Numbered from the stretch's first letter, positions 28,259 to 38,689 are shown. The stretch: 64,000 bases of DNA from Oscillospiraceae bacterium (GCA_015063305.1 SVUJ01000010.1:5028-69027), one strand, 5' to 3'. Notes: generated from the sequence alone by a model not told the origin. Translations and numbers: made by a program.

Positions 28259-30880
28259 TTATTTCAGGGCTGCCTGTGCAGCAGCAAGACGTGCTATCGG
28301 AACACGGAAGGGAGAGCAGGATACGTAGTCAAGACCAAGCTTGTGGCAGAACTCAACAGATGTGGGGTCACCGCCGTGCTCGCCGCAGATACCTACGTGG
28401 AGGTTCTTGTTTGCGGGTCTGCCGAGTGAGATTGCCATCTGCATAAGCTTACCTACGCCGTTCTGGTCAAGTCTTGCGAAGGGATCGTTCTCGAATATCT
28501 TTGCATCATAGTATGCATCGAGGAACTTACCTGCGTCATCACGGGAGAATCCGAAAGTCATCTGGGTGAGGTCGTTTGTACCGAAGCAGAAGAAGTCTGC
28601 GTTCTGTGCGATCTCATCAGCAGTCAGACAAGCTCTGGGAATCTCGATCATAGTACCTACTTCGTATGCAAGCTCAACACCTGCAGCAGCGATCTCAGCA
28701 TCGGCTGTAGCAACAACTACGCTCTTAACGTACTTAAGCTCCTTAACGTCGCCAACCAGAGGAATCATGATCTCGGGTCTTACGTTCCAATCGGGATGAG
28801 CCTTCTGAGTGTTTATAGCTGCGCGGATAACAGCGGTTGTCTGCATCTTAGCTATCTCGGGATAGGTAACTGCAAGACGGCATCCTCTGTGACCCATCAT
28901 GGGGTTGAACTCGTGGAGAGATGCGATGATAGCCTTGATGTCCTCAACGCTCTTTTTCTGTGCCTTAGCAAGGAGAGCGATGTCTTCCTCGGTGGTAGGA
29001 ACGAACTCGTGGAGCGGGGGGTCAAGGAATCTGATACAAACGGGTGTTCCCTCGAGAGCCTCGTAGAGAGCCTCGAAGTCGTTCTGCTGGTAGGGAAGGA
29101 TCTTAGCAAGAGCTGCCTCTCTCTCCTCCGCAGTATCAGCACAGATCATCTCTCTGAATGCTGCAATTCTGTCAGCCTCAAAGAACATGTGCTCTGTACG
29201 GCAAAGACCGATACCCTCAGCGCCGAGCTCACGAGCCTTCTTAGCGTCTGTGGGAGTATCAGCGTTGGTTCTAACCTTGAGCGTACGGAACTCGTCAGCC
29301 CAGCCCATAATAGTGCCGAAGTTGCCCGAGATCTCGGCGTCAACGGTAGGAATGATACCGTCGTAGATAGCGCCTGTAGAACCGTCTATAGAAATGAAGT
29401 CGCCTTCTGCGAATGTCTTACCTGCGAGAGTGAACTTCTTGTTCTCCTCGTCCATATTAATGTCGCCGCAACCGGAAACGCAGCACTTACCCATACCACG
29501 AGCAACAACTGCTGCGTGAGATGTCATACCGCCGCGAACGGTGAGTATACCCTGAGCAGCCTTCATACCTGTGATATCCTCAGGAGAGGTCTCAAGTCTT
29601 ACAAGAACTACCTTCTTGCCTGCGTTGTTCCAAGCCTCTGCGTCCTCAGCGGTGAATACTACCTGACCGCAAGCAGCACCGGGGGATGCGCCAAGACCTC
29701 TACCCATAGGAGTAGCAGCCTTAAGAGCCTTTGCGTCGAACTGGGGATGGAGAAGTGTGTCAAGGTTTCTGGGGTCGATCATAAGAACGGCCTCTTCCTT
29801 GGTCTTGTGACCCTCAGCAACGAGGTCAACAGCTATCTGGAGAGCTGCGGGGGCAGTTCTCTTACCGTTACGGGTCTGGAGCATGTAGAGCTTCTTATTC
29901 TCTATAGTGAACTCCATATCCTGCATGTCGTGGTAGTGGTTCTCGAGGATGCCGCAAACCTTCTGGAATTCAGCAAAAGCCTCGGGGAACTTGTCTGCCA
30001 TCTCAGCGATGGGCATAGGAGTACGAACGCCTGCAACAACGTCCTCACCCTGAGCGTTTACAAGGAACTCACCCATAAGCTTCTTCTCGCCGGTAGCAGG
30101 GTCACGTGTGAATGCAACACCTGTTCCGCAGTCGTCACCCATATTACCGAATGCCATTGCCTGTACGTTTACAGCAGTACCCCAGCTGTAGGGAATATCG
30201 TTGTCACGGCGGTAAACGTTAGCGCGGGGGTTATCCCAGCTGCGGAATACTGCCTTAACAGCGCCGATGAGCTGCTCCTTGGGGTCGGAGGGGAAGTCAG
30301 AGCCGATCTTAGACTTGTATTCAGCCTTGAACTGCTCAGCGAGCTCCTTGAGGTCGTCAGCGGTAAGGTCAACGTCGTAAACAACTCCCTTAGCCTCTTT
30401 CATCTTATCGATGAGCTCCTCAAAGTACTTCTTTCCAACTTCCATAACGACGTCGGAGTACATCTGTATAAATCTTCTATAGCAGTCGTAAGCCCAACGA
30501 GCGTTGCCGGACTTCTTAGCCATAACCTCAACAACTTCCTCGTTAAGACCGAGGTTAAGAATGGTATCCATCATACCGGGCATGGATGCACGAGCACCGG
30601 AACGAACCGAAACGAGAAGGGGATTCTCGAGGTCGCCGAACTTCTTGCCTGTAACGCCCTCCATCTTTACGATGTAGTCCATGATCTCAGCCATTATTTC
30701 GGGGTTGATCTGTCTGCCGTCCTCATAGTACTGAGTACAAGCTTCGGTAGAGATGGTGAATCCCTGAGGAACAGGAAGACCGATCTTGGTCATCTCTGCA
30801 AGGTTAGCACCCTTACCGCCGAGGAGCTCACGCATGCTTGCGTCGCCTTCGGAAAAGAGATAGCAATACTTCTTTGCCAT
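28259..30880 (-). CDS. ppdK: Pyruvate, phosphate dikinase
   Basis: LGGKGANL, SVRSGARASMPGMMDT, GGMTSHAAVVARG (phospho-His), GLCRTEHMF, FGTNDLTQ and GICGEHGG. Confidence 0.99.
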   Translation of the reverse strand: MAKKYCYLFSEGDASMRELLGGKGANLAEMTKIGLPVPQGFTISTEACTQYYEDGRQINPEIMAEIMDYIVKMEGVTGKKFGDLENPLLVSVRSGARASMPGMMDTILNLGLNEEVVEVMAKKSGNARWAYDCYRRFIQMYSDVVMEVGKKYFEELIDKMKEAKGVVYDVDLTADDLKELAEQFKAEYKSKIGSDFPSDPKEQLIGAVKAVFRSWDNPRANVYRRDNDIPYSWGTAVNVQAMAFGNMGDDCGTGVAFTRDPATGEKKLMGEFLVNAQGEDVVAGVRTPMPIAEMADKFPEAFAEFQKVCGILENHYHDMQDMEFTIENKKLYMLQTRNGKRTAPAALQIAVDLVAEGHKTKEEAVLMIDPRNLDTLLHPQFDAKALKAATPMGRGLGASPGAACGQVVFTAEDAEAWNNAGKKVVLVRLETSPEDITGMKAAQGILTVRGGMTSHAAVVARGMGKCCVSGCGDINMDEENKKFTLAGKTFAEGDFISIDGSTGAIYDGIIPTVDAEISGNFGTIMGWADEFRTLKVRTNADTPTDAKKARELGAEGIGLCRTEHMFFEADRIAAFREMICADTAEEREAALAKILPYQQNDFEALYEALEGTPVCIRFLDPPLHEFVPTTEEDIALLAKAQKKSVEDIKAIIASLHEFNPMMGHRGCRLAVTYPEIAKMQTTAVIRAAINTQKAHPDWNVRPEIMIPLVGDVKELKYVKSVVVATADAEIAAAGVELAYEVGTMIEIPRACLTADEIAQNADFFCFGTNDLTQMTFGFSRDDAGKFLDAYYDAKIFENDPFARLDQNGVGKLMQMAISLGRPANKNLHVGICGEHGGDPTSVEFCHKLGLDYVSCSPFRVPIARLAAAQAALK

Positions 30881-31190
30881 TTGGTAATACCTCCAAAAAA
30901 ATATAAAATTTTTGACAAAAGTTAAGAAGCTGTACGACGAAATAACAACTCGTCAAAAACAGCACCACATATTATATCATATAATCGTACAAAACACCAC
31001 CCTGTTTAACCATTTTTAACCACAAAAATTGTAAATTTTTTGTTAAGGCGCTCTAAAATGGATATCGTTTGTTGATTTTTTTACGCAAGTGTAATATAAT
31101 TTATACGTTGGTGATAAGCCGAAAAATAGACTTTGAAGCGGGGGCGCAAATGCGAAACCCGCCTATTGTCGTATAAATAAGAGGATAGAA

Positions 31191-31829
31191 ATGGCAGACA
31201 TATTTGAGCTTTTCAAGAAGATATCAAGCGGCGAGGATAAAAAGCGCGCCCCCGTAACTCATATCGTGGCGGGACTTGGAAACCCCGGAGATAAGTATTA
31301 TCTTACAAGACATAACGCGGGATTTCTGGCGATGGATTATATATCGCAGAAATACGGCGCGAAAATAGACAGAGTAAAATATAAGTCGCTCTGCGGCGAA
31401 GCGACCGTAGGCGGCGTGAGCGTTCTGCTTATGAAGCCGCAGACCTTTATGAATAACTCGGGAGAGGCTATAGCCGAGGCGGCTAACTTTTATAAGATAC
31501 CGCCCGAGAACATAATCATAATATGTGATGACGTCAATCTCGACGTTGCAAGACTTCGCGTTAGACGAAAGGGAAGCGACGGCGGACAGAACGGACTTAA
31601 GAGCATAGTCAACCACCTTGGAAGCGATGCTTTTCCGAGAATAAGGATAGGAGTGGGTCAGAAGCCGCATCCCGATTACGACCTTGCCTCCTGGGTGCTC
31701 TCGGAGTTCAAAGCAGAGGATAAGGAAAAGCTTTTTGATTGCTTCGGACGCGTTTGCGACGGGCTTGAGAAGGTCATCGCGGGGGACGTTGACGGCGCGA
31801 TGCAGATATGCAATAGCGCAAAAAATTGA
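31191..31829 (+). CDS. pth: Peptidyl-tRNA hydrolase
   Basis: GLGNPG, TRHNAGF, KPQTFMNNSG and GSDGGQNGLKS. Confidence 0.97.
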   Translation: MADIFELFKKISSGEDKKRAPVTHIVAGLGNPGDKYYLTRHNAGFLAMDYISQKYGAKIDRVKYKSLCGEATVGGVSVLLMKPQTFMNNSGEAIAEAANFYKIPPENIIIICDDVNLDVARLRVRRKGSDGGQNGLKSIVNHLGSDAFPRIRIGVGQKPHPDYDLASWVLSEFKAEDKEKLFDCFGRVCDGLEKVIAGDVDGAMQICNSAKN

Positions 31830-31875
31830 GCGCATTAGTTTGGAGAGGAACGGAGCTTCCGTTTGAGAGAAAACA

Positions 31876-34800
31876 ATGAATATACTAACCGATTGCATAA
31901 GGTCGGACGGGGAATATAAACACCTTCTGAAGACTATAGCCGAGCAAAGGGCGGCTCGCAATCCTCTGCCGATAGCGGCGGCGGGACTTTGCGAGGGGGC
32001 GGTCGATGCCGCGTACGCCGCGCTATCCGAGGATATCGCGAGGGTGGCGTGCGGAAAGCACCCCGTTGTGCTTGTCTGCCCTGAGGAAAAGGAGTGTGTG
32101 CGCCTTGCAAATCTTCTTAAGAGATTTGATATACGCGCGGGGTTCTTCGTCACAAGAGATCTTAATTTTTATAACATAGTTGCCTCCCATGAGTACGAGC
32201 ATGAGAGGCTTAAAGTGTTGTCCGAGATACTTTGCGGGGAGATAGACGTGGTCATTACCACGCCCGATGCCGCGCTCAGCTACACCATACCGCCCGAGAG
32301 ATTTATCTCGGCTATGATAAAGGTCGAATACGACAGCACCACTATAGATATGGGAGAGTTTGCGAATAAGCTCTTGGCGGCGGGATACGTCCGCACCGAG
32401 CTTGTTGACGCGCCCGGACAGTTTGCTATCCGAGGGGGAATAGTCGATATCTATCCGCCCTGCGCGAGATATACCGATATCAACGGCAAGCTCAGCGTAG
32501 GCTCATTTCCTATGCGAATAGAGCTTTTCGGCGAGGATATAGACCGAATGGAGCTTTTCGACCCGAACACCCAGAGAATGACGGTATCTCTTAACAGCGC
32601 CGAGATAATTCCCGCGCGCGAGCTTCTCGTTGACGCCCAGATGAGGAGCAAGATACGGGAGGCGATACAGGCGCAGTTCAAAAAGAGCAAGGACGAGAGA
32701 GCCTGTGCTGAGATGGTGTCCGAGATAGCGGCTATCGACGGCGGACTTGATATAAACTTTGCCGATAAATATTTCACGCTCGTTTATCCCGAGCGTATGT
32801 CACTTATAGACTATCTTTCGGGTATAACCTGTGTGCTGATGAGGAATACCTCTGCCTGCTACGACAGGATAAAGGCATCAGAGTGGCATCTTGAGCAGAG
32901 CATAGAGGAGCTTCTTGAGAACGGCACTATAGCGCCCAAATACACCGATTACACAAAGCCCACGTCGGCGTTTGACATATTCCTTGAGAAGAATCCCACC
33001 GTTCACTTTGACGCCTTCGGTCAGGGACTTTCGGGCAAAAAGCTTGCGGCTATGTTCACCTTCAGAACGAAGCACATGGTGTCGTACAGCGAAAATTACG
33101 AGCTGCTCTGCGAGGATCTTGAGGGGTACAGAAGAGCGGGATACCGCATCATAGTTATGGCGGAGAATGAGAATTCCGCCAAGAATCTGCGCGGATATCT
33201 TTGTGATAAGGGATTTTCGGCTATGATAGAGGTAGAGTCGGGAGATTTTGCCATAGAAGACCTGCCTAAGAATACAGTTATGATAAAATGGCGGCAGTCG
33301 CTCCGCGGATACGAGCTGACCTCGCCTAAGATAGTTGTGCTCTCCACCAATTCCGAGGGCAGAGATATGGGATATTCAAGCGCGGGGCGCTTGCGTACCT
33401 CAAGAAAGAAAAAGAGCGCGGCTGAACGCATAATGTCCTATAACGACCTCAACGTGGGAGATTTCGTGGTGCACGAGATACACGGAATAGGTCAGTATAT
33501 GGGCATTGAAAATCTGACGGTCGACGGCGTGAGCCGAGATTATATCAATATAAAATACGCGGGAAGCGACAGGCTTTTCCTGCCCACCGATAAGCTCGAT
33601 ATGATATCCAAATATATCGGCGCTCATTCCGACGACGGGCTTGTAAAGCTCTCCAAGTTCGGCGGCGGTGAGTGGACACGCGCAAAGAGTCGGGCTAAAG
33701 CGGCGGTCAAGGAGATGGCGAAGGAGCTTATAAAGCTTTATGCCGAGAGAATGAGAAGACCCGGCTTTGCCTTTCCCGAGGATGACGACCTGCAAAGAGA
33801 TTTTGAGGCGGCGTTTGAATACGATGAGACCGCGGGACAGCTTGAAGCTATCGAGGATATAAAGAAGGATATGATGTCAAGCGTTCCGATGGACAGACTT
33901 CTTTGTGGGGACGTTGGCTTTGGCAAGACCGAGGTGGCGCTCAGAGCCGCATATAAGGCGGTGCTTGGTGGCAAACAGGTGGCGATATTAGTTCCCACCA
34001 CGATACTCGCGCTCCAGCATTATCAGACGATAAGCAGCCGAACTCGAGGATTCTCGGTGAACGTCGATATGATATCGAGATTCCGCACTCCCAAGCAACA
34101 GGCGCAAACACTAAGACGGCTGAAGCGAGGCGAGGTCGACATAATAATAGGAACGCACCGACTTATAGGCAAGGATATAGAGTTCAAGGATCTTGGACTT
34201 CTTATCGTTGACGAGGAACAGCGTTTTGGCGTTGCTCAGAAGGAAAAGCTCAAGCAGATAGCGGGGAACGTGGACGTTCTCACGCTCAGCGCGACCCCTA
34301 TCCCCAGAACGCTCAATATGGCGATGGGCGGTATCAGGGACGTGTCGGTGCTTGATGAAGCTCCGGGCGACAGACTTCCCGTTCAGACTTACGTGCTTGA
34401 GCACGACGAGCTTATAATAATAGAAGCGATAAAGAGAGAGCTTCGCCGAGGCGGGCAGGTCTTCTATCTGTATAATTTCGTTGAGAGTATAGACAGCTGC
34501 GCCGCAAGACTTGCAAGGGCTATACCCGAGGCAAGGATAACGGTGGCTCACGGAAAGATGGACAAGGAAAGGCTTGAGGATATCTGGGCGGATATGCTGA
34601 GCGGACAGATAGATATCCTCGTTTCCACCACTATAATCGAAACGGGAGTGGATATTCCGAACGCGAACACTCTTATCGTAGAGCACGCGCACCGTCTTGG
34701 ACTTTCTCAGCTACACCAGATAAGGGGACGCGTGGGACGCTCCTCGCGCCGCGCGTACGCCTACTTCACCTTCCCCAAGGATAAGACGGTGAGCGAGATA

Positions 34801-35466
34801 GCCACCAAGCGCCTTGAGGCGATAAGAGAGTACGCCGAGTTCGGAGCGGGATTTAAGATAGCTATGCGCGACCTTGAGATAAGGGGAGCGGGTAATATTC
34901 TCGGGGCTGAGCAGCACGGACATCTTGACGCGGTGGGATACGACCTTTATATCAAGCTGCTCAACGAAGCGGTGCTTGAGGAAAAGGGAGAAAAGCTGCC
35001 CGAGAAGATAGAGACTACGATATCGCTCAAATGCGACGCTTATATCCCCGAAAAATACGTCAGCTATTCCTCTCAGAGAATGGAGCTTTATAAGAAGATA
35101 GCGAATATAGAAACTCCCGAGGACAGAGATGATATCATTGACGAGATGATAGACCGCTACGGAGATATCCCCGCGCAAACACAAAATCTTCTCACGGTGG
35201 CTCTTGTCCGCGCGGCGGCGATAAGATGCGCCATCACCTCTGTGGTAGAGGACGCGAGCGAGGTAAAGATATATCCCTCTGCCTTTAACATAGAGATATG
35301 GTCGGACCTTGCGTTTGAGTATAAGGGAAGAATGAGGGTCATAATGACCGACAATCCCGGCATCAGAGTTCGCAAACAGAGCGGCGAGAATGTTCCCGAT
35401 ATGCTGTATAAGCTCTTCTCGAGATATGGTGAGCTTGAAAAAGCGCTGAAGGAGAGCGAGAGCTAA
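31876..35466 (+). CDS. mfd: Transcription-repair coupling factor
   Basis: CarD/RID domain (VVHEIHGIG), CGDVGFGKTEVA, VDEEQRFG, SATPIPRTL, QIRGRVGR and DLEIRGAGN. Confidence 0.98.
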   Translation: MNILTDCIRSDGEYKHLLKTIAEQRAARNPLPIAAAGLCEGAVDAAYAALSEDIARVACGKHPVVLVCPEEKECVRLANLLKRFDIRAGFFVTRDLNFYNIVASHEYEHERLKVLSEILCGEIDVVITTPDAALSYTIPPERFISAMIKVEYDSTTIDMGEFANKLLAAGYVRTELVDAPGQFAIRGGIVDIYPPCARYTDINGKLSVGSFPMRIELFGEDIDRMELFDPNTQRMTVSLNSAEIIPARELLVDAQMRSKIREAIQAQFKKSKDERACAEMVSEIAAIDGGLDINFADKYFTLVYPERMSLIDYLSGITCVLMRNTSACYDRIKASEWHLEQSIEELLENGTIAPKYTDYTKPTSAFDIFLEKNPTVHFDAFGQGLSGKKLAAMFTFRTKHMVSYSENYELLCEDLEGYRRAGYRIIVMAENENSAKNLRGYLCDKGFSAMIEVESGDFAIEDLPKNTVMIKWRQSLRGYELTSPKIVVLSTNSEGRDMGYSSAGRLRTSRKKKSAAERIMSYNDLNVGDFVVHEIHGIGQYMGIENLTVDGVSRDYINIKYAGSDRLFLPTDKLDMISKYIGAHSDDGLVKLSKFGGGEWTRAKSRAKAAVKEMAKELIKLYAERMRRPGFAFPEDDDLQRDFEAAFEYDETAGQLEAIEDIKKDMMSSVPMDRLLCGDVGFGKTEVALRAAYKAVLGGKQVAILVPTTILALQHYQTISSRTRGFSVNVDMISRFRTPKQQAQTLRRLKRGEVDIIIGTHRLIGKDIEFKDLGLLIVDEEQRFGVAQKEKLKQIAGNVDVLTLSATPIPRTLNMAMGGIRDVSVLDEAPGDRLPVQTYVLEHDELIIIEAIKRELRRGGQVFYLYNFVESIDSCAARLARAIPEARITVAHGKMDKERLEDIWADMLSGQIDILVSTTIIETGVDIPNANTLIVEHAHRLGLSQLHQIRGRVGRSSRRAYAYFTFPKDKTVSEIATKRLEAIREYAEFGAGFKIAMRDLEIRGAGNILGAEQHGHLDAVGYDLYIKLLNEAVLEEKGEKLPEKIETTISLKCDAYIPEKYVSYSSQRMELYKKIANIETPEDRDDIIDEMIDRYGDIPAQTQNLLTVALVRAAAIRCAITSVVEDASEVKIYPSAFNIEIWSDLAFEYKGRMRVIMTDNPGIRVRKQSGENVPDMLYKLFSRYGELEKALKESES

Positions 35467-35563
35467 ATGTTAATAAAAAGGGAATTTTGTGTTACGGCTA
35501 TAGACAAAAGGGTATTCGTGTTATATAATGTCGGTAGTCAGATATGAAAGGAATTTTATATAG

Positions 35564-36862
35564 ATGAAAAAGATATTCAAAAAGCTGGTAGCTACCGTGC
35601 TTGTATTGGCAGTGTTGGCGCTTTGCCTTGTGGGATGCTCGGGGGGCGGAAATAAAGCCATGAAGCTTGAGGGCGAGAGCCTTTCGGTCAATATGATACA
35701 GCTCTTTCTTTCGAGAATGAAGGGAACGCTTGCTTCCTCTTACGCCTACGGTGAGTCGGCGCTTGCCGATTCCTTCTGGGATACGGTGGTCAGCGCGGAC
35801 GGAACTACCTACAACGATCTTTATACAAGCGAGGTCATACAGGACGCCAAGACCTATCTTGCCGCGCTCTACGCCTTTGAAGAAGAAGGACTTGAGCTTC
35901 CCAAGGCAACTATAGATGAGATCGACGAAGAGATAGATAGAATGATAGAGGACGATGCGGACGGCTCGAAGAACACCTTTAACTCGATGCTTAAGGCATA
36001 CGGCGTAAACCACAAGATGCTCCGCGAGGCTTACATTATGGAAGCCAAGATAGCGATGCTGAACGACCATCTTTTCTCCTCGCTTGATAATTCTCTTATA
36101 GAGGAATATTATCAGAACAATTACGTGCGCTTCAAGCAGGTATTTATCTATACCTATGACCTTGTGTATTATACCGATGAGAACGGTGACGAGATATATT
36201 ACGACACCACCGACTCAAAGAGGATATCCTATGATGAGAATGCTATCGTAAAGAAGGATTCCGACGGAAAGACCGTTAAGGATGCGAACGATGACGTGGT
36301 ATACGTTACCGAGGACGGAAAGATAGCCTACGATAAGCAGAACGGAAAGCGTAGCCCCGTGCTTGACGAGAACGGATATCAGCAGAAGAGAGAGTATACA
36401 AAGGCAGAGCTTATTGAGGCAAGTGATCGCGCTCAGCTTATACTTGAGGAATGTGAAGAAAAGAATTACACCCTCTTTGACCGTCTTGTTGATGATTACG
36501 GCGAGGACGAGGGAATGGTGCAGTACCCGAACGGATATTATATGACCGAGAGCTCCGAGTATGACGTAAAGGAAGTTTTGCAGAGCGTCTTTGAGATGAA
36601 ACCCGGAGAGGTAAAGCGTATAGATTCGGATTACGGTATACACATCGTTATGAAGTACGAGCTTGATGAGGGCGCGTATGATAATAAAGAGAATGCCGAT
36701 TTCTTTGTGAATAACACAACGGGAAAATACGTTTTCGAGCAGGAGCTTAAAAATGAGCTTTTGGCTAAATATCTTGAAAAATATATGAATATGATAGTAA
36801 TTGACGAAAAGGCGCTCGAGGGTGTTGACATAAAGAGCGTTGGAGTGAATTTTTATTATTAA
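35564..36862 (+). CDS. PrsA-like foldase lipoprotein (parvulin-type) with insertion
   Basis: Lipobox LVGC; EEYYQNNYVRFKQVFI and VFEMKPGEV..SDYGIHIVMK; located after mfd, the usual prsA position. Confidence 0.7.
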   Translation: MKKIFKKLVATVLVLAVLALCLVGCSGGGNKAMKLEGESLSVNMIQLFLSRMKGTLASSYAYGESALADSFWDTVVSADGTTYNDLYTSEVIQDAKTYLAALYAFEEEGLELPKATIDEIDEEIDRMIEDDADGSKNTFNSMLKAYGVNHKMLREAYIMEAKIAMLNDHLFSSLDNSLIEEYYQNNYVRFKQVFIYTYDLVYYTDENGDEIYYDTTDSKRISYDENAIVKKDSDGKTVKDANDDVVYVTEDGKIAYDKQNGKRSPVLDENGYQQKREYTKAELIEASDRAQLILEECEEKNYTLFDRLVDDYGEDEGMVQYPNGYYMTESSEYDVKEVLQSVFEMKPGEVKRIDSDYGIHIVMKYELDEGAYDNKENADFFVNNTTGKYVFEQELKNELLAKYLEKYMNMIVIDEKALEGVDIKSVGVNFYY

Positions 36863-36916
36863 GTATTGACAAATTTATTTTTATGTGATAAAATGTGACA
36901 GTAAACAACCGCATAG

Positions 36917-36999
36917 AAATCAGGGGTGCCTATTACGGCTGAGATGGACATAGTCCGAACCCTTTAACCTGATACGGATAATGCCGGCGTAGGGAGATG
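36917..36999 (+). promoter_or_regulatory. TPP riboswitch
   Basis: AGGGGTGC..GGCTGAGA..ACCCTTTAACCTGATACGGATAATGCCGGCGTAGGGA consensus, followed by a terminator at 37025-37064 and by thiT. Confidence 0.95.
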
Positions 37000-37024
37000 G
37001 TGAATTTCGACATTCGAAATTATA

Positions 37025-37064
37025 TTGACCGCACGGGAGATTTCCGTGCGGTCAAATTTTTTTC
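37025..37064 (+). terminator. Riboswitch expression-platform terminator
   Basis: TTGACCGCACGG-GAGATTT-CCGTGCGGTCAA followed by a T-tract. Confidence 0.85.
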
Positions 37065-37077
37065 AGGAGGTCGGAAA

Positions 37078-37764
37078 ATGAACCGAACATTAAAAACTCA
37101 AAGGCTGACGATGTCAGCCGTAATGATCGCGCTGTCGGCAGGATTGGCGATAGTCTGCGCGCTCATTCCTTTTCTCAATCTGCCATTTGGTGGAAGCTTT
37201 ACTATCGCGAGTATGCTGCCGATAGTTCTCATTTCCTATATGTATGGGATAAAGTGGGGACTTTTCGTGTCTGCGACATATTCTGTTTTGCAGATACTTA
37301 TGGATCTCGCGCTCGGTACGAGCTCGTCTGTAGTAATGGCGCTCTTTATGCCTACGAGCGACGGATATATGGGCGGATTTGCGGCGGTGGCTATAATCCT
37401 TATCGACTACCTTGTGGCATATACCGTTCTCGGACTTGGCGGAATATTCAGAAACCGTTTTAAGAGTAAGTCCGCGGCGCTCTGTGTCGGAAGTGTTTTT
37501 GCGCTCTCGCTCAGATATATCGCTCATATTATATCGGGCGCGATATTTTACGGCGCTTGGGCAGAGTGGTTCTTCTCTCAGGAGGGCTTTTACGCTGTCG
37601 GCGGCTGGATACTCGAGCATACGAGCGGAGGAGCGCTGGCTCTGATATACTCTGTATTCTATAACGGACTTTATATGATACCCGAGATAATAATAACCGC
37701 GATAGCGGCTGTGGTGGTGTCGAGAATACCGCATATTAAGAAGACGGATATTGATATAAAATAA
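37078..37764 (+). CDS. thiT: ECF-type thiamine transporter S component ThiT
   Basis: LPFGGSFTIASMLP, LIDYLVAY, HIISGAIFY and YSVFYNG; downstream of the TPP riboswitch; AGGAGG RBS. Confidence 0.92.
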   Translation: MNRTLKTQRLTMSAVMIALSAGLAIVCALIPFLNLPFGGSFTIASMLPIVLISYMYGIKWGLFVSATYSVLQILMDLALGTSSSVVMALFMPTSDGYMGGFAAVAIILIDYLVAYTVLGLGGIFRNRFKSKSAALCVGSVFALSLRYIAHIISGAIFYGAWAEWFFSQEGFYAVGGWILEHTSGGALALIYSVFYNGLYMIPEIIITAIAAVVVSRIPHIKKTDIDIK

Positions 37765-37804
37765 GCATAACTCCGCTATCGGGTGGTGTACAATCACTAA
37801 AACG

Positions 37805-37831
37805 GTAGGGGTCGGCGCTCTCGACGACCCG
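37805..37831 (+). repeat. GTAG-type REP-like palindrome
   Basis: GTAGGGGTCGGCGCTCTCGACGACCCG; near copy at 38663-38689. Confidence 0.7.
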
Positions 37832-37842
37832 TAATACTCGTA

Positions 37843-37871
37843 TTGACAAAACTTTATTAATATGCTATAAT
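37843..37871 (+). promoter_or_regulatory. sigma-A promoter of rnpB
   Basis: TTGACA-17bp-TATAAT with extended TG. Confidence 0.85.
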
Positions 37872-37877
37872 TCAAAG

Positions 37878-38228
37878 GTAACTCCGCCGAACGGCCGCGC
37901 GGTATGGTGCCGAAAGGTATTACCGTGAGGAAAGTCCGGGCTTCATAGGGCACGATAGCTGATAACGTCAGCCGGAGGCGACTCTCGGGAAAGTGCAACA
38001 GAAATAAACCGCCCGCAAGGGTAAGGATGGAAAGGCGAGGTAAGAGCTCACCCACTCCTATGGTAACATAGGTTTGCTGTAAACCCTATCGGAAGCAACA
38101 CCGCAGTCGGACAGTCTGCCCGACACACGTCCGCAGGTGGCACGAGGCATTGCCTCGGAGCTGAATGGTGACATTCAGCAAAGATAGATGGCCGTTTAAG
38201 ACAGAACCCGGCTTATAGACGGGGTTAT
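37878..38228 (+). ncRNA. rnpB: RNase P RNA, class A
   Basis: GAGGAAAGTCCGGGC, GAAAGTGCAACAGAA and AGATAGATGGCCG..ACAGAACCCGGCTTA conserved regions; P1 helix TAACTCCG/CGGGGTTA. Confidence 0.96.
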
Positions 38229-38275
38229 AAAAAACACGCCGTTGGATAGTGTATATCCACGGCGTGTTTTTTTAT
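38228..38275 (+). terminator. rnpB terminator
   Basis: AAAAAACACGCCGT...ACGGCGTGTTTTTTT. Confidence 0.8.
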
Positions 38276-38374
38276 TGTAAGACGAAAACCACGCGATAGT
38301 GGCGTGGTTCAAAAGAGGCTATTGCAGGTGAGAAAAAGTTAAATAAAAAGATGAGTAAAAATGCTTTTGTGAGG

Positions 38375-38689
38375 AAGGCTCCCTCCGGGAGGTAGCGAAG
38401 CGGCGTGAGCGGAATGAATGACACCACAGTGTGGTGTCAGAACGCGAGCGTGACCGAACCGCAGTGAGACGCTCCCGACGAAGTCGGGTGAGGGAGAGGG
38501 CGTTACAATAAAATTAGCTTAAATTTAACGTTACGCGGGCTCCTTCCACCGCTATGCGGTCCCCCTTCCTCCCGGAGGAAGGCTTTGGTTAAATCCCGCT
38601 CAAGCGGGTTAACGTAATAAATGCATGGCTGACAGGCCAATAAAAAGCGCACTTGTGCGGTGGTAGGGGGCGGCGCCTTTCGACGACCC
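38375..38689. repeat. Cluster of nested palindromic intergenic repeats plus a REP
   Basis: AAGGCTCCCTCCGGGAGG...CCTTCCTCCCGGAGGAAGGCTTT with an internal GACACCACAGTGTGGTGTC module; REP at 38663-38689. Confidence 0.65.

Noticed and set aside
28796-30925. 709-aa plus-strand ORF
   Set aside because: It is the antisense shadow of ppdK caused by strong codon bias, with no recognisable motifs.
36997-37077. N-terminal extensions in the ORF track (thiT, XRE 55171, HAD 5282, pilin 21349)
   Set aside because: They overlap riboswitch, promoter or terminator sequences; downstream starts fit better.
37114-38055. 313-aa minus-strand ORF
   Set aside because: It overlaps thiT and rnpB in antisense and is spurious.
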